46,601 nucleotides of DNA from Deltaproteobacteria bacterium (GCA_016927455.1 JAFGMQ010000009.1:1-46601), one strand, 5' to 3'. Shown: positions 19,601 to 30,779, numbered from the stretch's first letter. A program made the numbers and translations. The notes: generated by a model not told the origin, from the sequence alone.

Positions 19601-20776
19601 TCACTGGTAAATAAGGAACGGTATTCTACATCTGTCAAAAGACTCAAGATTTTCCATCCATCTCTCTTTTATAGCAGAGAGGGCCGTTCCGGATTCCACC
19701 TCATTTCTAACTGATAAATCGCCCATTATTAAATCAATGGGCTTTTTTTTGTATTCATATTCGTATGGGGGGCTTTTCCACTCGAAATCTTTTTCGTGAA
19801 TTTTAATGATTGTTTTCAGAAGACCTATTGATGTCAGATAGGGCTGAAAAGAATACGGATCAAGGACATGAATCATGAAACCATGGCAAATCTTGTCTTT
19901 CCATTTATTGAATACGGGACGAAACGAATATTCCTGTAAATAGCATCCTGCAGTTGCTTCTGGTTCAAGTTCCCTGATTATTAATTCCGGACAAATGAAA
20001 GGCGCCCCAAAAATCTCAAACGGTCGGCATGTGCCTCTGCCTTCAGAGACATTGGTTCCTTCCCATATCACCTGTCCGGGGTAGACAAATGCAGTTTCCG
20101 GCAGCGGCATGTTTGTTGAAGGCATAACCCACTTTAATCCGGTCTCATTCCAAAACATGTTACGGGTCCATCCCTGCATGGGAATTGTTTCAAGATCACA
20201 GGAAAGATCAAAAACATGACAGAAGATTCGGGCTATTTCGCCCATGGTCAAACCGTGACGCATGGGAAAACTGTAAGGCCCTACAAATGAATACAGTTCA
20301 GGACATAAAAGGTTTCCTTCGAGGGACGATCCTCCTAATGGATTGGGCCTGTCCAGGATCACCACTTTTTTGCCAAGTCTTGAGGATGCTCTGAGACAGT
20401 TGAGCATTGTAGATGCAAATGTGTAAACTCTTGTTCCTACATCCTGCAGGTCGATGATAAGTATGTCTATCATTTCGAGCATATACGGAAGAGGCTCTCT
20501 GGTTTCAGAATAGAGACTGAAGACAGGGATGTTTAAAGACTTGTCCAACGAGTGATCCGTCTCGATCATATTGTCCTGGTCCTGGCCGGCATAGCCGTGC
20601 TGAGGGCCGAAAATCACCTTAAGTTGTCCGGGAAGGAGGCGGGAAATGATTTCTTTTGGTGTATTAAAATTACTGTCTAATGATGCCTGGTTTGATAGGA
20701 GCCCGAGCCTGTAACCTTTCAGTTCCTCCCAGCGGTATTCGCGAAGACAATCAAGACCTGTAAGAATTTTGCTCAT
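19601..20776 (-). CDS. DUF1343 family protein (NamZ-like exo-beta-N-acetylmuramidase family)
   Basis: Motifs LGLLSNQASLD, FGPQHGY and LIIDLQDVGTRVYTF match my recollection of the DUF1343 signature. The track start at 20791 is TTG. The ATG at 20776 (MSKILTGLD) is the more plausible start. Confidence 0.75.
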   Translation of the reverse strand: MSKILTGLDCLREYRWEELKGYRLGLLSNQASLDSNFNTPKEIISRLLPGQLKVIFGPQHGYAGQDQDNMIETDHSLDKSLNIPVFSLYSETREPLPYMLEMIDILIIDLQDVGTRVYTFASTMLNCLRASSRLGKKVVILDRPNPLGGSSLEGNLLCPELYSFVGPYSFPMRHGLTMGEIARIFCHVFDLSCDLETIPMQGWTRNMFWNETGLKWVMPSTNMPLPETAFVYPGQVIWEGTNVSEGRGTCRPFEIFGAPFICPELIIRELEPEATAGCYLQEYSFRPVFNKWKDKICHGFMIHVLDPYSFQPYLTSIGLLKTIIKIHEKDFEWKSPPYEYEYKKKPIDLIMGDLSVRNEVESGTALSAIKERWMENLESFDRCRIPFLIYQ

Positions 20777-20878
20777 TAATAGACTTTCCAATTATAATTT
20801 TGAAATAATACTTTTAAAAAGGCCAAAAAAATACTATTTGATTTGGAATTCCTTTTCAATATTATTTGACCCTGTGCA

Positions 20879-21814
20879 ATGCCTCTTATAAAAAAAATAT
20901 GTATTTTTTTGTTTTTAGCCCTGACAATTGTCTTAAGGGTAGATTTACATGCCGATGATATCAGTTCTATTGATAATAAGGATATAATTATTTATTTTGA
21001 TCCTCTTCTTGAAAGAGCAGCAAGAGATCTCATTGATATTTATTATGAGGTCAAAATAGAGGTCGAAACCCTTTTGGGATGGAAGTATGGTCTAAAACCA
21101 TCAGTTTTGCTTACAAGAGACAGGAGCCAGTTTCTCAGAACATCTCAAAATGATTTGATAGTGGCCTTTGCGGTCCCTGAAAAGGCAATTATTGTTATTG
21201 ACTACTCCAGAATGGGTCATCACATTTTCCGTCCTGAAACTATTTTAAAACATGAATTCTGCCATTTGCTGCTCAATTATCACATTAATGAGAAGGTATT
21301 GCCAAGATGGCTTGACGAAGGGGTTGCCCAATGGATAAGTAACAGTATCGGCCAGATATTTATCGATCCCAAGAAATCCCTGCTGAACAGAGCAGCGTTT
21401 AGAGGGAGATTTATCAGCCTTCGATCATTGAAAGAAGGTTTCCCTTATGACAGTGAATCCATGCAGTTGGCCTATGAGGAAAGTAAAAGCTTTATAGAGT
21501 TTATTTTAGGAAAATATGGAAAGGACAGTATACTGGCCATACTTGATTATTTAAAGAGGGGTGAAGATGTTGACACGGCGTTTCTAAAAGTTTTACCCGA
21601 GAGCCTTGCAAGCCTTGAAAAGAACTGGCAGAATTCCCTCAGGAAGAAGATAAACTGGTTGACATATCTCAGTTACCATATATATGAAATTATTTTCGGG
21701 CTTATGGGACTTATATCCTTTATAGGCTTTATCAGGCTGATGGTGAAAAAGCGTTCTTATATGAAGGAGGAAGAAGAAATAGCTGGAAATGAATTTCATG
21801 ATGATGATTTTTAG
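20879..21814 (+). CDS. exported HExxH zinc-metallopeptidase-like protein (peptidase MA-like) with C-terminal membrane anchor
   Basis: Signal peptide (ICIFLFLALTIVLRVDLHA). HEFCH motif with a downstream LDEGVAQW, a possible third ligand Glu. A hydrophobic helix (IIFGLMGLISFIGFI) lies near the C-terminus. Confidence 0.55.
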   Translation: MPLIKKICIFLFLALTIVLRVDLHADDISSIDNKDIIIYFDPLLERAARDLIDIYYEVKIEVETLLGWKYGLKPSVLLTRDRSQFLRTSQNDLIVAFAVPEKAIIVIDYSRMGHHIFRPETILKHEFCHLLLNYHINEKVLPRWLDEGVAQWISNSIGQIFIDPKKSLLNRAAFRGRFISLRSLKEGFPYDSESMQLAYEESKSFIEFILGKYGKDSILAILDYLKRGEDVDTAFLKVLPESLASLEKNWQNSLRKKINWLTYLSYHIYEIIFGLMGLISFIGFIRLMVKKRSYMKEEEEIAGNEFHDDDF

Positions 21815-21883
21815 GGCTTCTTCAAAAAAATTATTGAACAATATAAGTAACTTTGCACTCAGGTTATAGAAATATAGGGATAA

Positions 21884-21912
21884 TTGACAGGTTTAAATGA
21901 ATATGTCATATT
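21884..21912 (+). promoter_or_regulatory. candidate sigma70 promoter for the IHF/HU-like gene (TTGACA-17 nt-CATATT)
   Basis: Perfect TTGACA at 21884-21889 and CATATT at 21907-21912, about 47 nt upstream of the ATG at 21959. Confidence 0.35.
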
Positions 21913-21958
21913 CAAGCGGATGTCTTTGTTTTTACCTTTTATATAAGAAGGGTTAGAT

Positions 21959-22324
21959 ATGACCTTGACCAAAATGGATATTGTCAAAAATGTAAGGCAC
22001 AGCGTTCGGTTTAAAAACAGGCGTAAAAGCGCCCAGCAATACCTTTTTCCGGAGTTGAACTGTACTTTTTTAAGCCAGAAGCGCGCTAACGAGTTGGTGA
22101 ATTCCCTGTTTGAGACTATTAAGCAAACCCTGGCGAAGGGAGAAAACGTAGTCATCTCAGGCTTTGGTAAATTCCAGGTTAAGTTCAAGTGGACCAGAAA
22201 AGGGAGAAATCCTCATACCGGTGAAATGATAATTCTCAAGTCCCGAAGGACAGTAACCTTCAAGACTTCACCAAAATTGAAAGAAAAACTCAATATGCAG
22301 GCGCACAGGCATGATAAGACATAG
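21959..22324 (+). CDS. IHF/HU-family DNA-bending protein with a basic insertion after helix 1
   Basis: ISGFGKFQVKFKWTRKGRNPHTGEMIILKSRRTVTFKTSPKLKEKL is the canonical HU/IHF beta-arm (GFG.F....R.GRNP.TGE.I.I..R.V.F). About 25 extra residues (RHSVRFKNRRKSAQQYLFPELNCTF) lie between MTLTKMDIVKNV and LSQKRANELV. Confidence 0.8.
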   Translation: MTLTKMDIVKNVRHSVRFKNRRKSAQQYLFPELNCTFLSQKRANELVNSLFETIKQTLAKGENVVISGFGKFQVKFKWTRKGRNPHTGEMIILKSRRTVTFKTSPKLKEKLNMQAHRHDKT

Positions 22325-22344
22325 ACAGACGCCAGTCGTGTTTT

Positions 22345-23769
22345 TTATTTCAAATATTCTTCAGCCTTTTTGCTGCCTAATTGGGTCGCTTTTTTAAAAG
22401 CTGCATCAGAATTGGCCTTATCGCCCTTATTCAAATAGACAAGACCTCGATTAAAGTAAACGTCCGAATCATTTGGTTTTATTTTCAAAGCTTCCGAATA
22501 ATCAACAATAGCTGCATCGGTTCTTCCCATGAGATAGTGGGCGTTTCCTCTGTTGCAGTATGCGTCGGCCGCGCGGGGATCAAGCTTGATGGCTGAATCG
22601 AAATCTTTTATAGCTTCTTCGTATCTTTCCATTTCAGCGTATAAAAGACCTCTGTTATAGAAAGAGTCAACATTTTTGTCGTCGATTTCCAAAGCCTGTG
22701 AATAGTCTTTGATAGCCTGAGGTATCTCTCCTTTGGCGGCATAAAGCCTGCCGCGGTTATAAAAGGCATCGGCATTCCGGGGTTCTTTCTTTATAACATC
22801 ATCAAGCTTTTTTATTTCCTGCAGAAGTTGCTGGTTCTCCTTTTCCGGGTCCTTTGGTACCGTTTTGGATTGTGAAGACCCTGGCGCCGGATCAATCTTA
22901 GGTGTAATAATTGAGGAAGATATTTTTGCAGCAGGAACTGCACCTTTGGGAGTCTCAACTTTTACTTTTCCGATTCTGCTTAGTCCGGCATCCTTCCTGG
23001 TGTCTAATGCCTTTGGTTGATGATTGTCCAGCTGGTTCAGGACAGTGTTTATGAAAGAGAAAAGCCCGAACAGGATAATAAGGCCGATCAGTATAAAAAC
23101 GATTGACACAAAAGCTTTTACCTTAACAGGCGGGAAGTGTTCAATATCATTCTGGTCACCAACTGCAAGCCCATGAACCTGCCACCTGTAAAACATACAG
23201 ATAGACCATGGCGCAAAAAGGTTCAGTGTGACGGCGTTCAAAATCCAGCTGATTAAGGATATTTTGAAAAACTGACCAAAACTCCCGCCAAAGGTGGTCA
23301 TTTCTCCCCCGTATCTGGTATGCTCTTCCTTCCATGCAAAAAGACGGTAAAAACCCAAAATGGAATATATTCCTAATGTCAATACCGGCAGGATAACAAG
23401 GTGAATAAGATAGAGGGGAAAAAGTGAACCTCCTGTACCGGTAAACTGACTGGGGGCGCCGTCTGCAAGGGTATTTTTTGCCAGCCAGTTGAACAATTTG
23501 CATAGAGCCCAGGGCCCAAAGAAACCGAAGGTAATAAGGGTCAGGAATCCATTTACGAGAATAAGTACAAAAAGCTGGCTGCCTGTCCCGGCAAAGGCTA
23601 TTTTTTTGCCATTAATTGTTGTATGAGAGGCCTTTAATTTCAATAGTTTTACCCAAGCCCACGGCGAATAAATACCCATCGTGATGAAACTTACCAAAAA
23701 CAGGTGAATAAATACGGTTGCAAAATACTGACCTCCACTGCCTTTAAATTCACAGTTTCCTTTTCCCAT
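22345..23769 (-). CDS. DUF898 (YjgN-like) polytopic membrane domain fused to a C-terminal TPR-repeat domain
   Basis: The N-terminal ~240 aa carry repeated G(S/T)GGxxF...GIYSPWA modules typical of DUF898. A Pro/Lys-rich linker follows. About 4-5 TPR units then appear (ADAFYNRGRLYAAKGEIPQAIKDYSQALEID, VDSFYNRGLLYAEMERYEEAIKDFDSAIKLDP, etc.). Confidence 0.7.
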   Translation of the reverse strand: MGKGNCEFKGSGGQYFATVFIHLFLVSFITMGIYSPWAWVKLLKLKASHTTINGKKIAFAGTGSQLFVLILVNGFLTLITFGFFGPWALCKLFNWLAKNTLADGAPSQFTGTGGSLFPLYLIHLVILPVLTLGIYSILGFYRLFAWKEEHTRYGGEMTTFGGSFGQFFKISLISWILNAVTLNLFAPWSICMFYRWQVHGLAVGDQNDIEHFPPVKVKAFVSIVFILIGLIILFGLFSFINTVLNQLDNHQPKALDTRKDAGLSRIGKVKVETPKGAVPAAKISSSIITPKIDPAPGSSQSKTVPKDPEKENQQLLQEIKKLDDVIKKEPRNADAFYNRGRLYAAKGEIPQAIKDYSQALEIDDKNVDSFYNRGLLYAEMERYEEAIKDFDSAIKLDPRAADAYCNRGNAHYLMGRTDAAIVDYSEALKIKPNDSDVYFNRGLVYLNKGDKANSDAAFKKATQLGSKKAEEYLK

Positions 23770-23862
23770 AACTAATACCCCCTGTCCATTCTGCCGTATG
23801 AAATAGTCTTAACAAATAATGAATTCAAGATGTTATAAAATTTAGCTGTCTCAGGGTTATTA

Positions 23863-24282
23863 TTAAAGCTCATCGGTTTTAACCGCCCCAATAAATTCAA
23901 CAATTTTTCTGTCCGGAGGGGGAAATAATAATTCTGCAAGACCGGCTGGATCGGACCATTTAATCTCCTGGCATTGAATTGCATTTGGCTCACCTTCCAG
24001 GATTTTACATTTAAAGACATGCAGGGTTATTGACTTACTATGATACTCATGGTCAATGGACAAAACCTGACGCCCCGCCTTGACCTTGATCCCCAACTCC
24101 TCTTTTATTTCCCTTTCAAGGCAGTCTTTTAAGGTTTCACCTTTTTCCTTCTTACCGCCGGGGAATTCCCAAAACCCTTCAAGATGTGTACCCTCAGGCC
24201 TCTTGGTTATCAAGACCCTTCCATTGCTCCAGATTAAAGCGGCGGTTACGTGATAATGAGGTTTTTTATCTGGTTCATTCAT
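23863..24282 (-). CDS. mutT: Nudix hydrolase, MutT-like 8-oxo-dGTP diphosphatase
   Basis: Nudix box GGKKEKGETLKDCLEREIKEELG. Overall colinearity with E. coli MutT, including the C-terminal FPPPDRKIV (E. coli FPPANEPVI). The start overlaps the stop of the upstream TPR gene by 8 nt. Confidence 0.75.
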   Translation of the reverse strand: MNEPDKKPHYHVTAALIWSNGRVLITKRPEGTHLEGFWEFPGGKKEKGETLKDCLEREIKEELGIKVKAGRQVLSIDHEYHSKSITLHVFKCKILEGEPNAIQCQEIKWSDPAGLAELLFPPPDRKIVEFIGAVKTDEL

Positions 24283-26077
24283 GTTGAATTCCCTTAAGCC
24301 TCAACCTCAGATAACCTTCCTGGGCATCTTCATGGTTTGGTGACAGATCAAGAACCTTCTTATAGGCCTTCAGGGCATCTGAAAATTCATTGTTTTTTTC
24401 CTTTAATTTCGCTATCTGCATCCACCGATTTATGTCCGCAGGCTTTATCTGAACAATTTTTTCCATCTGCTTAATCGCCCGCTCATCATCTCCGGTTTTT
24501 AGATAAGCAAAGACCAGATATTCCATCAATTCAATCTGATCAGGGTTTGACTTTGAACCCTTTTCCATTATGTCAATTATCATATCAAAACCGGCCCTGG
24601 CATTAAGGTAATTAAAAATAAACTGATAGAGGGCAAGTCTTTTCGAATTAAGATCAACAAGGATCTGAGCCTGTTTAAAAGCCATCTCTTCATCTTTCAG
24701 CTTCTGATAAATATCGAAGATTATTTCATGTATGGATATGTCTTTAGGGTGGAGTTTCGAATAAATCCTGAAATACTTCAAACCCTCCTTCAAATTCCCG
24801 GATTCATATTCAAGGCTGCCCAGGTTATAAATTACTGTTTCATTATCAGGATCCAGATTAAGTATGTCTTTATAGACTTTTTTTAACTCCTGTTTTTTCC
24901 CCTGCTTCTCCATGATCTGGGCCGTCAAATAATGTGCCTCAATGTTTTTTGGATTTTTCAGCAAAATATCATTAAGATATTTTAAACTGTCTGAAAAATC
25001 TCCTTTACTGCTCAACCAGCGAGCAAGCTTCAGCAGGCCTTCTTCATCTCCTGGTTTCAGTTTTATGGCCTTCTCTAAAAAATAGTAGGCTTTTTCATCC
25101 TGATGGATTTTTTCATAAAGATAGGACAGATTGAAATAGAGATTTGCATCAGTTTCGTCCAGTTTAACAGCCTCGAGATAGCTGGAGATTGCATTTTTAT
25201 CTTTGCCAGTCTTTGAGTAAAGATAACCAAGTGTTTTATAGATCGGCAGTTTCTCTGTTTTTGATACTCGTTTCAGGAGGGCCTGATTTTCCTCTATAGC
25301 CATCGTGATATTGCCGGTTTCCTCCAGTATTTCAGCCAACTGGCTTCTTGCATCTGAATCATCAGGAGCCAGGGCGATAATCCGTTTCAGCGCAGAGATC
25401 ATTCCATCCTTGTCTGACATGGCTCTGTATATACTAAGGAGTTCACCAATTATTTCCAGATCACTGTCTTTTTCTGCCAGGACTTCAAGCATTGAAGCAG
25501 CCTTTTTCCAGAGTTTCTGGGATATGTATTCGTCAATGAGTCGTTGCCTTAATCCTCTGTCATCAGGAATCAAATGATATCCCTGTTCAAGAATGGACAA
25601 CCTCTTAGCGCTATCTATTGTCCTGTTAGACTTATCCAGCCAATCTTCCGCATAAAGCTGAACCTTTAAGTCCATAAAACCTAAATTTTTATTGCGATGT
25701 TTTATCCAGATGCGAAAGCTTTGAAGGCTAAATAAATCCTGTTCATTCAAAAGATCCGAGAGGCGCATTTCCTCATATTTGAGAGAACCAGCATCAAAGT
25801 CTTTTGCCTCCAACCGTATATCGATATTAAAAAATATACTTGTAGATACATTTAATATTTTTATGCGGTCCTGTGGATGGAGGGAGAGGGTTTCCCCTGA
25901 TAAGATGCTTTTAGGCTCATTATTTATCAGAAACAGGACAGAATTGAATCGAGGGGAGTCCACATAGACATTACGCCAGAAAAGCCAGGATATAACCAAC
26001 GAAGCTATCAGCAGCAGACAGATCAGGAATAATGACAGCCTGTGGGATGACCGTTTTTTTGTATTCTTTTTCACCAA
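24275..26077 (-). CDS. membrane-anchored TPR-repeat protein, function unknown
   Basis: 600 aa. One N-terminal TM helix (LSLFLICLLLIASLVISWLFW), then a ~150-aa unassigned region, then many TPR-like repeats (e.g. ANLYFNLSYLYEKIHQDEKAYYFLEKAIKLKP). Confidence 0.7.
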   Translation of the reverse strand: MVKKNTKKRSSHRLSLFLICLLLIASLVISWLFWRNVYVDSPRFNSVLFLINNEPKSILSGETLSLHPQDRIKILNVSTSIFFNIDIRLEAKDFDAGSLKYEEMRLSDLLNEQDLFSLQSFRIWIKHRNKNLGFMDLKVQLYAEDWLDKSNRTIDSAKRLSILEQGYHLIPDDRGLRQRLIDEYISQKLWKKAASMLEVLAEKDSDLEIIGELLSIYRAMSDKDGMISALKRIIALAPDDSDARSQLAEILEETGNITMAIEENQALLKRVSKTEKLPIYKTLGYLYSKTGKDKNAISSYLEAVKLDETDANLYFNLSYLYEKIHQDEKAYYFLEKAIKLKPGDEEGLLKLARWLSSKGDFSDSLKYLNDILLKNPKNIEAHYLTAQIMEKQGKKQELKKVYKDILNLDPDNETVIYNLGSLEYESGNLKEGLKYFRIYSKLHPKDISIHEIIFDIYQKLKDEEMAFKQAQILVDLNSKRLALYQFIFNYLNARAGFDMIIDIMEKGSKSNPDQIELMEYLVFAYLKTGDDERAIKQMEKIVQIKPADINRWMQIAKLKEKNNEFSDALKAYKKVLDLSPNHEDAQEGYLRLRLKGIQHE

Positions 26078-26334
26078 CCTATGGCACTCAAAGAAATATC
26101 TATTGACTCTTTAATCCTGCCTGATGTGGATTAGCAGCCCTTTTTTCAGGCTTAAGCTGGAAAATGCCAAATAATTAAATTCCCCTGAGACCCATAAAAA
26201 TCCCGGGGGATGAGAATTCACAACGATTGACTGGATTAATGCAAAGGTACAGGCAAGCGAGTGAATTCAAAATCCGGAACTAATTAACCCTGAAATAATA
26301 TTTGATCCCCCTCAATGTGAATATTTGATGAAAA

Positions 26335-27381
26335 TTACTTGTTATTTTTAGGAGATTTATCTTCCCAGATTAAAAGTACAGGGCTTGCGACAAATATGGA
26401 TGAATAAGTGCCAACAATTATTCCAATCAGCAATGCAAATGCAAAATCGTGAATAACTCCTCCTCCAAAAATGAAAAGAGACAAAACAACAACAAGTGTC
26501 GTTGTAGAGGTGAGGATTGTGCGGCTAAGGGTTTCATTTATGCTTGAATTCATTACCTCCATAAAAGGACGCCTTCTTGAACGTCTAACATTTTCTCTTA
26601 TCCTGTCAAAAACAATAATAGTGTCATTGAGTGAATAACCTACAATAGTCAGTAATGCCGCAATAATAGAGAGAGATATCTCTTTGTCAGTAAGGGCGAA
26701 GACTCCAACAGTAATGCTGACATCGTGAACCAGGGCGATAATTGCCCCTAATGCGTATTTAAGTTTAAGAATCCAGCAGAGGGCAAGTGTCACAATTATG
26801 GCGATAATAATAAGCCATGTTACGCTAACTCCAATACTTGATGAAATATAAACAATAAAGGCTAAGGATAAGGCCATGACAATACTCATAAGCCATTTAA
26901 GCTCAAATCTGCCTGAAATATATATTGCGATGAACAGGGTGGCATAGAAAATTGCGAATAAGGCCTTCTGCCTTAAGTCCTCACCGACTTTTGGGCCGAC
27001 CATTTCTACTCTTCGTATTTCAACACCCTGCCCGAATACAGAACTCAGGGCCTGATTAACCCTGTCGCCGAGACCGGTCAATTCGACATCTGTCTGTTGC
27101 ATCCTGACTAAATATTCAAAATCACCCTTTTCCCCGAATTCCTGAATAATACTTTTTTCAAGCTGTACGGACTGTAGAGCCTTTCTGACTTCTGCAACAC
27201 TGCTGTTCTGTGGCAATCTGATCTGAATCAGGATGCCTCCGGAGAAATCAACGCCGTAGTTGGGACCACCTCTCCATATCAGGAAAATAATTGTTAGAAT
27301 TACCATAATGGCGGAAAATGCATATGCGATTCTCCGCCTTCCAACGAAATCAATATTTATACCATGTTTTACAAATTCCAT
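26335..27381 (-). CDS. secF: protein translocase subunit SecF
   Basis: GIDFSGG-type motif (GVDFSGGILIQI), six TM segments, SLNDTIIVFDRIRE. Lies downstream of secD. Confidence 0.9.
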   Translation of the reverse strand: MEFVKHGINIDFVGRRRIAYAFSAIMVILTIIFLIWRGGPNYGVDFSGGILIQIRLPQNSSVAEVRKALQSVQLEKSIIQEFGEKGDFEYLVRMQQTDVELTGLGDRVNQALSSVFGQGVEIRRVEMVGPKVGEDLRQKALFAIFYATLFIAIYISGRFELKWLMSIVMALSLAFIVYISSSIGVSVTWLIIIAIIVTLALCWILKLKYALGAIIALVHDVSITVGVFALTDKEISLSIIAALLTIVGYSLNDTIIVFDRIRENVRRSRRRPFMEVMNSSINETLSRTILTSTTTLVVVLSLFIFGGGVIHDFAFALLIGIIVGTYSSIFVASPVLLIWEDKSPKNNK

Positions 27382-27420
27382 TAACTACTCCATTGACTCC
27401 ATACTTAAGCTTCCTATTTG

Positions 27421-29022
27421 CTAAATACTGATCTTTTTCATTTTTCCAAAGCCATAGAGATAATCAAAAATTATTCTTGTCACAAATACAGCCGTAAACA
27501 GACTGGCGATAACTCCTATGCTCAAAGTCACTGCAAAACCCCTAACAGGGCCTGTCCCAAACTGGAACAGGACAAGGGCGGCAATCAGAGTCGTTATATT
27601 GGCATCAAGAATTGTAACAAGGGCCTTTCCGTATCCTGATTCAATAGACGCCCTGTTAGTCTTTCCAAGCTTGAGCTCTTCTCTTATGCGCTCGAATATA
27701 AGTACATTTGCATCAACTGACATGCCTATCGTTAATATGATTCCAGCAATTCCAGGAAGAGTTAATGTGGCACCGAAAAATGCAAGGCCGGCCATAATAA
27801 AGAGGACGTTTAAGACTAGAGCCAGATCAGCGATAACACCTGAGATCTTATAATAAATCATCATAAATAAAATTACTATTAATCCACCTATAATTACAGA
27901 CTTAAAACCTTTTTGTATTGAGTCTTTTCCCAGTGAAGGGCCAACCGTTCGCTCCTCAATAATTTTAACGGGAGCCGGAAGTGCACCCGCCCTGAGTACA
28001 ATGGCCAGATCGCGCGCTTCGTCCATTGTAAACCGTCCGGTAATCTGTGCCTTGCCGCCGGATATTCTGTCCTGAATGACGGGTGCGGAATTAACTGTGT
28101 CGTCAAGGACAATAGCCAGCCTTTTCTTTATATTTTCTCCTGTTATTTTTTCGAACAATTTGGCGCCTCTCGCGTCAAAGGAGATAGATACATAAGGTTC
28201 ATTGTACTGGCTGTCGATTTGAACTCTTGCATCAGTGAGATATTCACCGGTTAAGGCGGTTCTTTTCTTTAACAGATAAGGTATTTTCGTCCTGCGACTG
28301 GTTTTCGGGTCAACACTTACCTGATAAAGGATTTCAGATCCCGGAGGTATATTCCCTTTCAATGCTTCTTCAAGGCTGTTTTCCTCATCAACCATTTTAA
28401 ATTCCAGAAGTGCAGTTTTGCCAATTAGATCAATTGCTCTTTTTGGATCACTTATTCCGGGAAGCTGGATCAAGATCGTATTACCCTCCTGAGGCCTTAT
28501 ATCAGGCTCGCTGACGCCGAACTGATCGATCCTGTTGCGTATTGTTTCCAGGGCCTGATCAACCGCCATCTTCATGATACGCCCCTTTGATTTCTGGATT
28601 AAGACAAGAGAATAGGCTGGTTGGGACTGATCACTTCCAGTATACTCTGCATCAAAATCAGGATAATTCGTCATCAGCATGTCCTGAAGGGCGTCTCCAT
28701 CTTCAGGCCTCAGGAGCGTGAGAAAAATTTTATCCGAGCCATCTCGCTTAAGCTCAAGATAGCGGATTTTGTTATTACGCAAGTCCTGTTTTAAATCCTC
28801 TACCACCCTCTCCAAATGATTCTCAACAGCCTTTATTGCGTCCACTTCCAGAACAAGGTGAATACCTCCCTGAAGGTCAAGACCAAGATGAATCTTTTCA
28901 GTTGGAAAAAGATTGGACCACCATGAAGGAAATTCTTTTGTGAAAGAAGGTGATAGATAAAGGAATGCTATTGCAATAACGATTAAAACGATTACAGCTC
29001 TTAAACCTAATCTGTTCAACAC
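27421..29022 (-). CDS. secD: protein translocase subunit SecD
   Basis: LGLDLQGGIHLVLEVD, a large periplasmic domain, C-terminal TM bundle with GMSVDANVLIFERIREE. Confidence 0.9.
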   Translation of the reverse strand: MLNRLGLRAVIVLIVIAIAFLYLSPSFTKEFPSWWSNLFPTEKIHLGLDLQGGIHLVLEVDAIKAVENHLERVVEDLKQDLRNNKIRYLELKRDGSDKIFLTLLRPEDGDALQDMLMTNYPDFDAEYTGSDQSQPAYSLVLIQKSKGRIMKMAVDQALETIRNRIDQFGVSEPDIRPQEGNTILIQLPGISDPKRAIDLIGKTALLEFKMVDEENSLEEALKGNIPPGSEILYQVSVDPKTSRRTKIPYLLKKRTALTGEYLTDARVQIDSQYNEPYVSISFDARGAKLFEKITGENIKKRLAIVLDDTVNSAPVIQDRISGGKAQITGRFTMDEARDLAIVLRAGALPAPVKIIEERTVGPSLGKDSIQKGFKSVIIGGLIVILFMMIYYKISGVIADLALVLNVLFIMAGLAFFGATLTLPGIAGIILTIGMSVDANVLIFERIREELKLGKTNRASIESGYGKALVTILDANITTLIAALVLFQFGTGPVRGFAVTLSIGVIASLFTAVFVTRIIFDYLYGFGKMKKISI

Positions 29023-29081
29023 TTGCGACTCCCGATTGAGTTTCTTTAGTTTCAGATGATACCGGTATCAAAACCTTATGA

Positions 29082-29426
29082 TTAATTTTCGTTTTTGTCA
29101 GCAGCAACTGACACATTAGAACTAATTACACCGGAAATTGAGCCTCTTGATATCTTGACTCTCACTTTCGGTGCGATTTCCACTGTTACTAGATCGTCTG
29201 CAATGCCGGTAATTATACCATAGAGGCCTCCAGCACTTACAATCTTGTCACCCTTTTTCAGGGATGCAAGCGTTTGCTTATGCTGTTTTGCCTTTTTCTG
29301 CTGGGGTCTGATAAGCAGAAAATAGAAAATTGCAAACATAAGGATCAGCGGAATAAAGGCTCCAAAACCACCTGTCTGTCCACCAGCCCCTCCTGCACCT
29401 CCCATAGCATATGCTAAAAAATTCAT
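29082..29426 (-). CDS. yajC: preprotein translocase accessory subunit YajC
   Basis: Single TM helix followed by LLIRPQQKKAKQHKQTLASLKKGDKIVSAGGLYGIITGI, the canonical YajC sequence. Confidence 0.9.
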   Translation of the reverse strand: MNFLAYAMGGAGGAGGQTGGFGAFIPLILMFAIFYFLLIRPQQKKAKQHKQTLASLKKGDKIVSAGGLYGIITGIADDLVTVEIAPKVRVKISRGSISGVISSNVSVAADKNEN

Positions 29427-29629
29427 TATGAAACCTCCTTTTGTTTTTGCGGCTCAAAAAAGCCATCTCCGGCGCTGCACATTCCGATAGTCATATAAAA
29501 TACACGGCGGTATCCTGCACGGGTGTATTTTCCTGAGACTCTTCATGGATGCGCATCATGCCTTGAGTTTTTAATGTGCCGTTAAGATAATAGATGAATT
29601 ATTAGAGTTCATCTCTGTTCAATTATATA

Positions 29630-30754
<1,125 letters not shown>

Positions 30755-30779
30755 CTATATGTTCTGACTGTAAAGGCCG

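Noticed and set aside
19369-19647. A 92-aa minus-strand ORF in the track.
   Set aside because: It overlaps both the 3' end of the DUF1343 gene and the whole of the well-supported 56-aa HTH gene on the plus strand. Its translation has no recognisable features and no SD.
29497-29531. The inverted repeat AAAATACAC-N17-GTGTATTTT between tgt and yajC.
   Set aside because: The stem is AT-rich and the loop is 17 nt, so it is too weak to call as a terminator or attenuator. tgt and yajC are usually co-transcribed.
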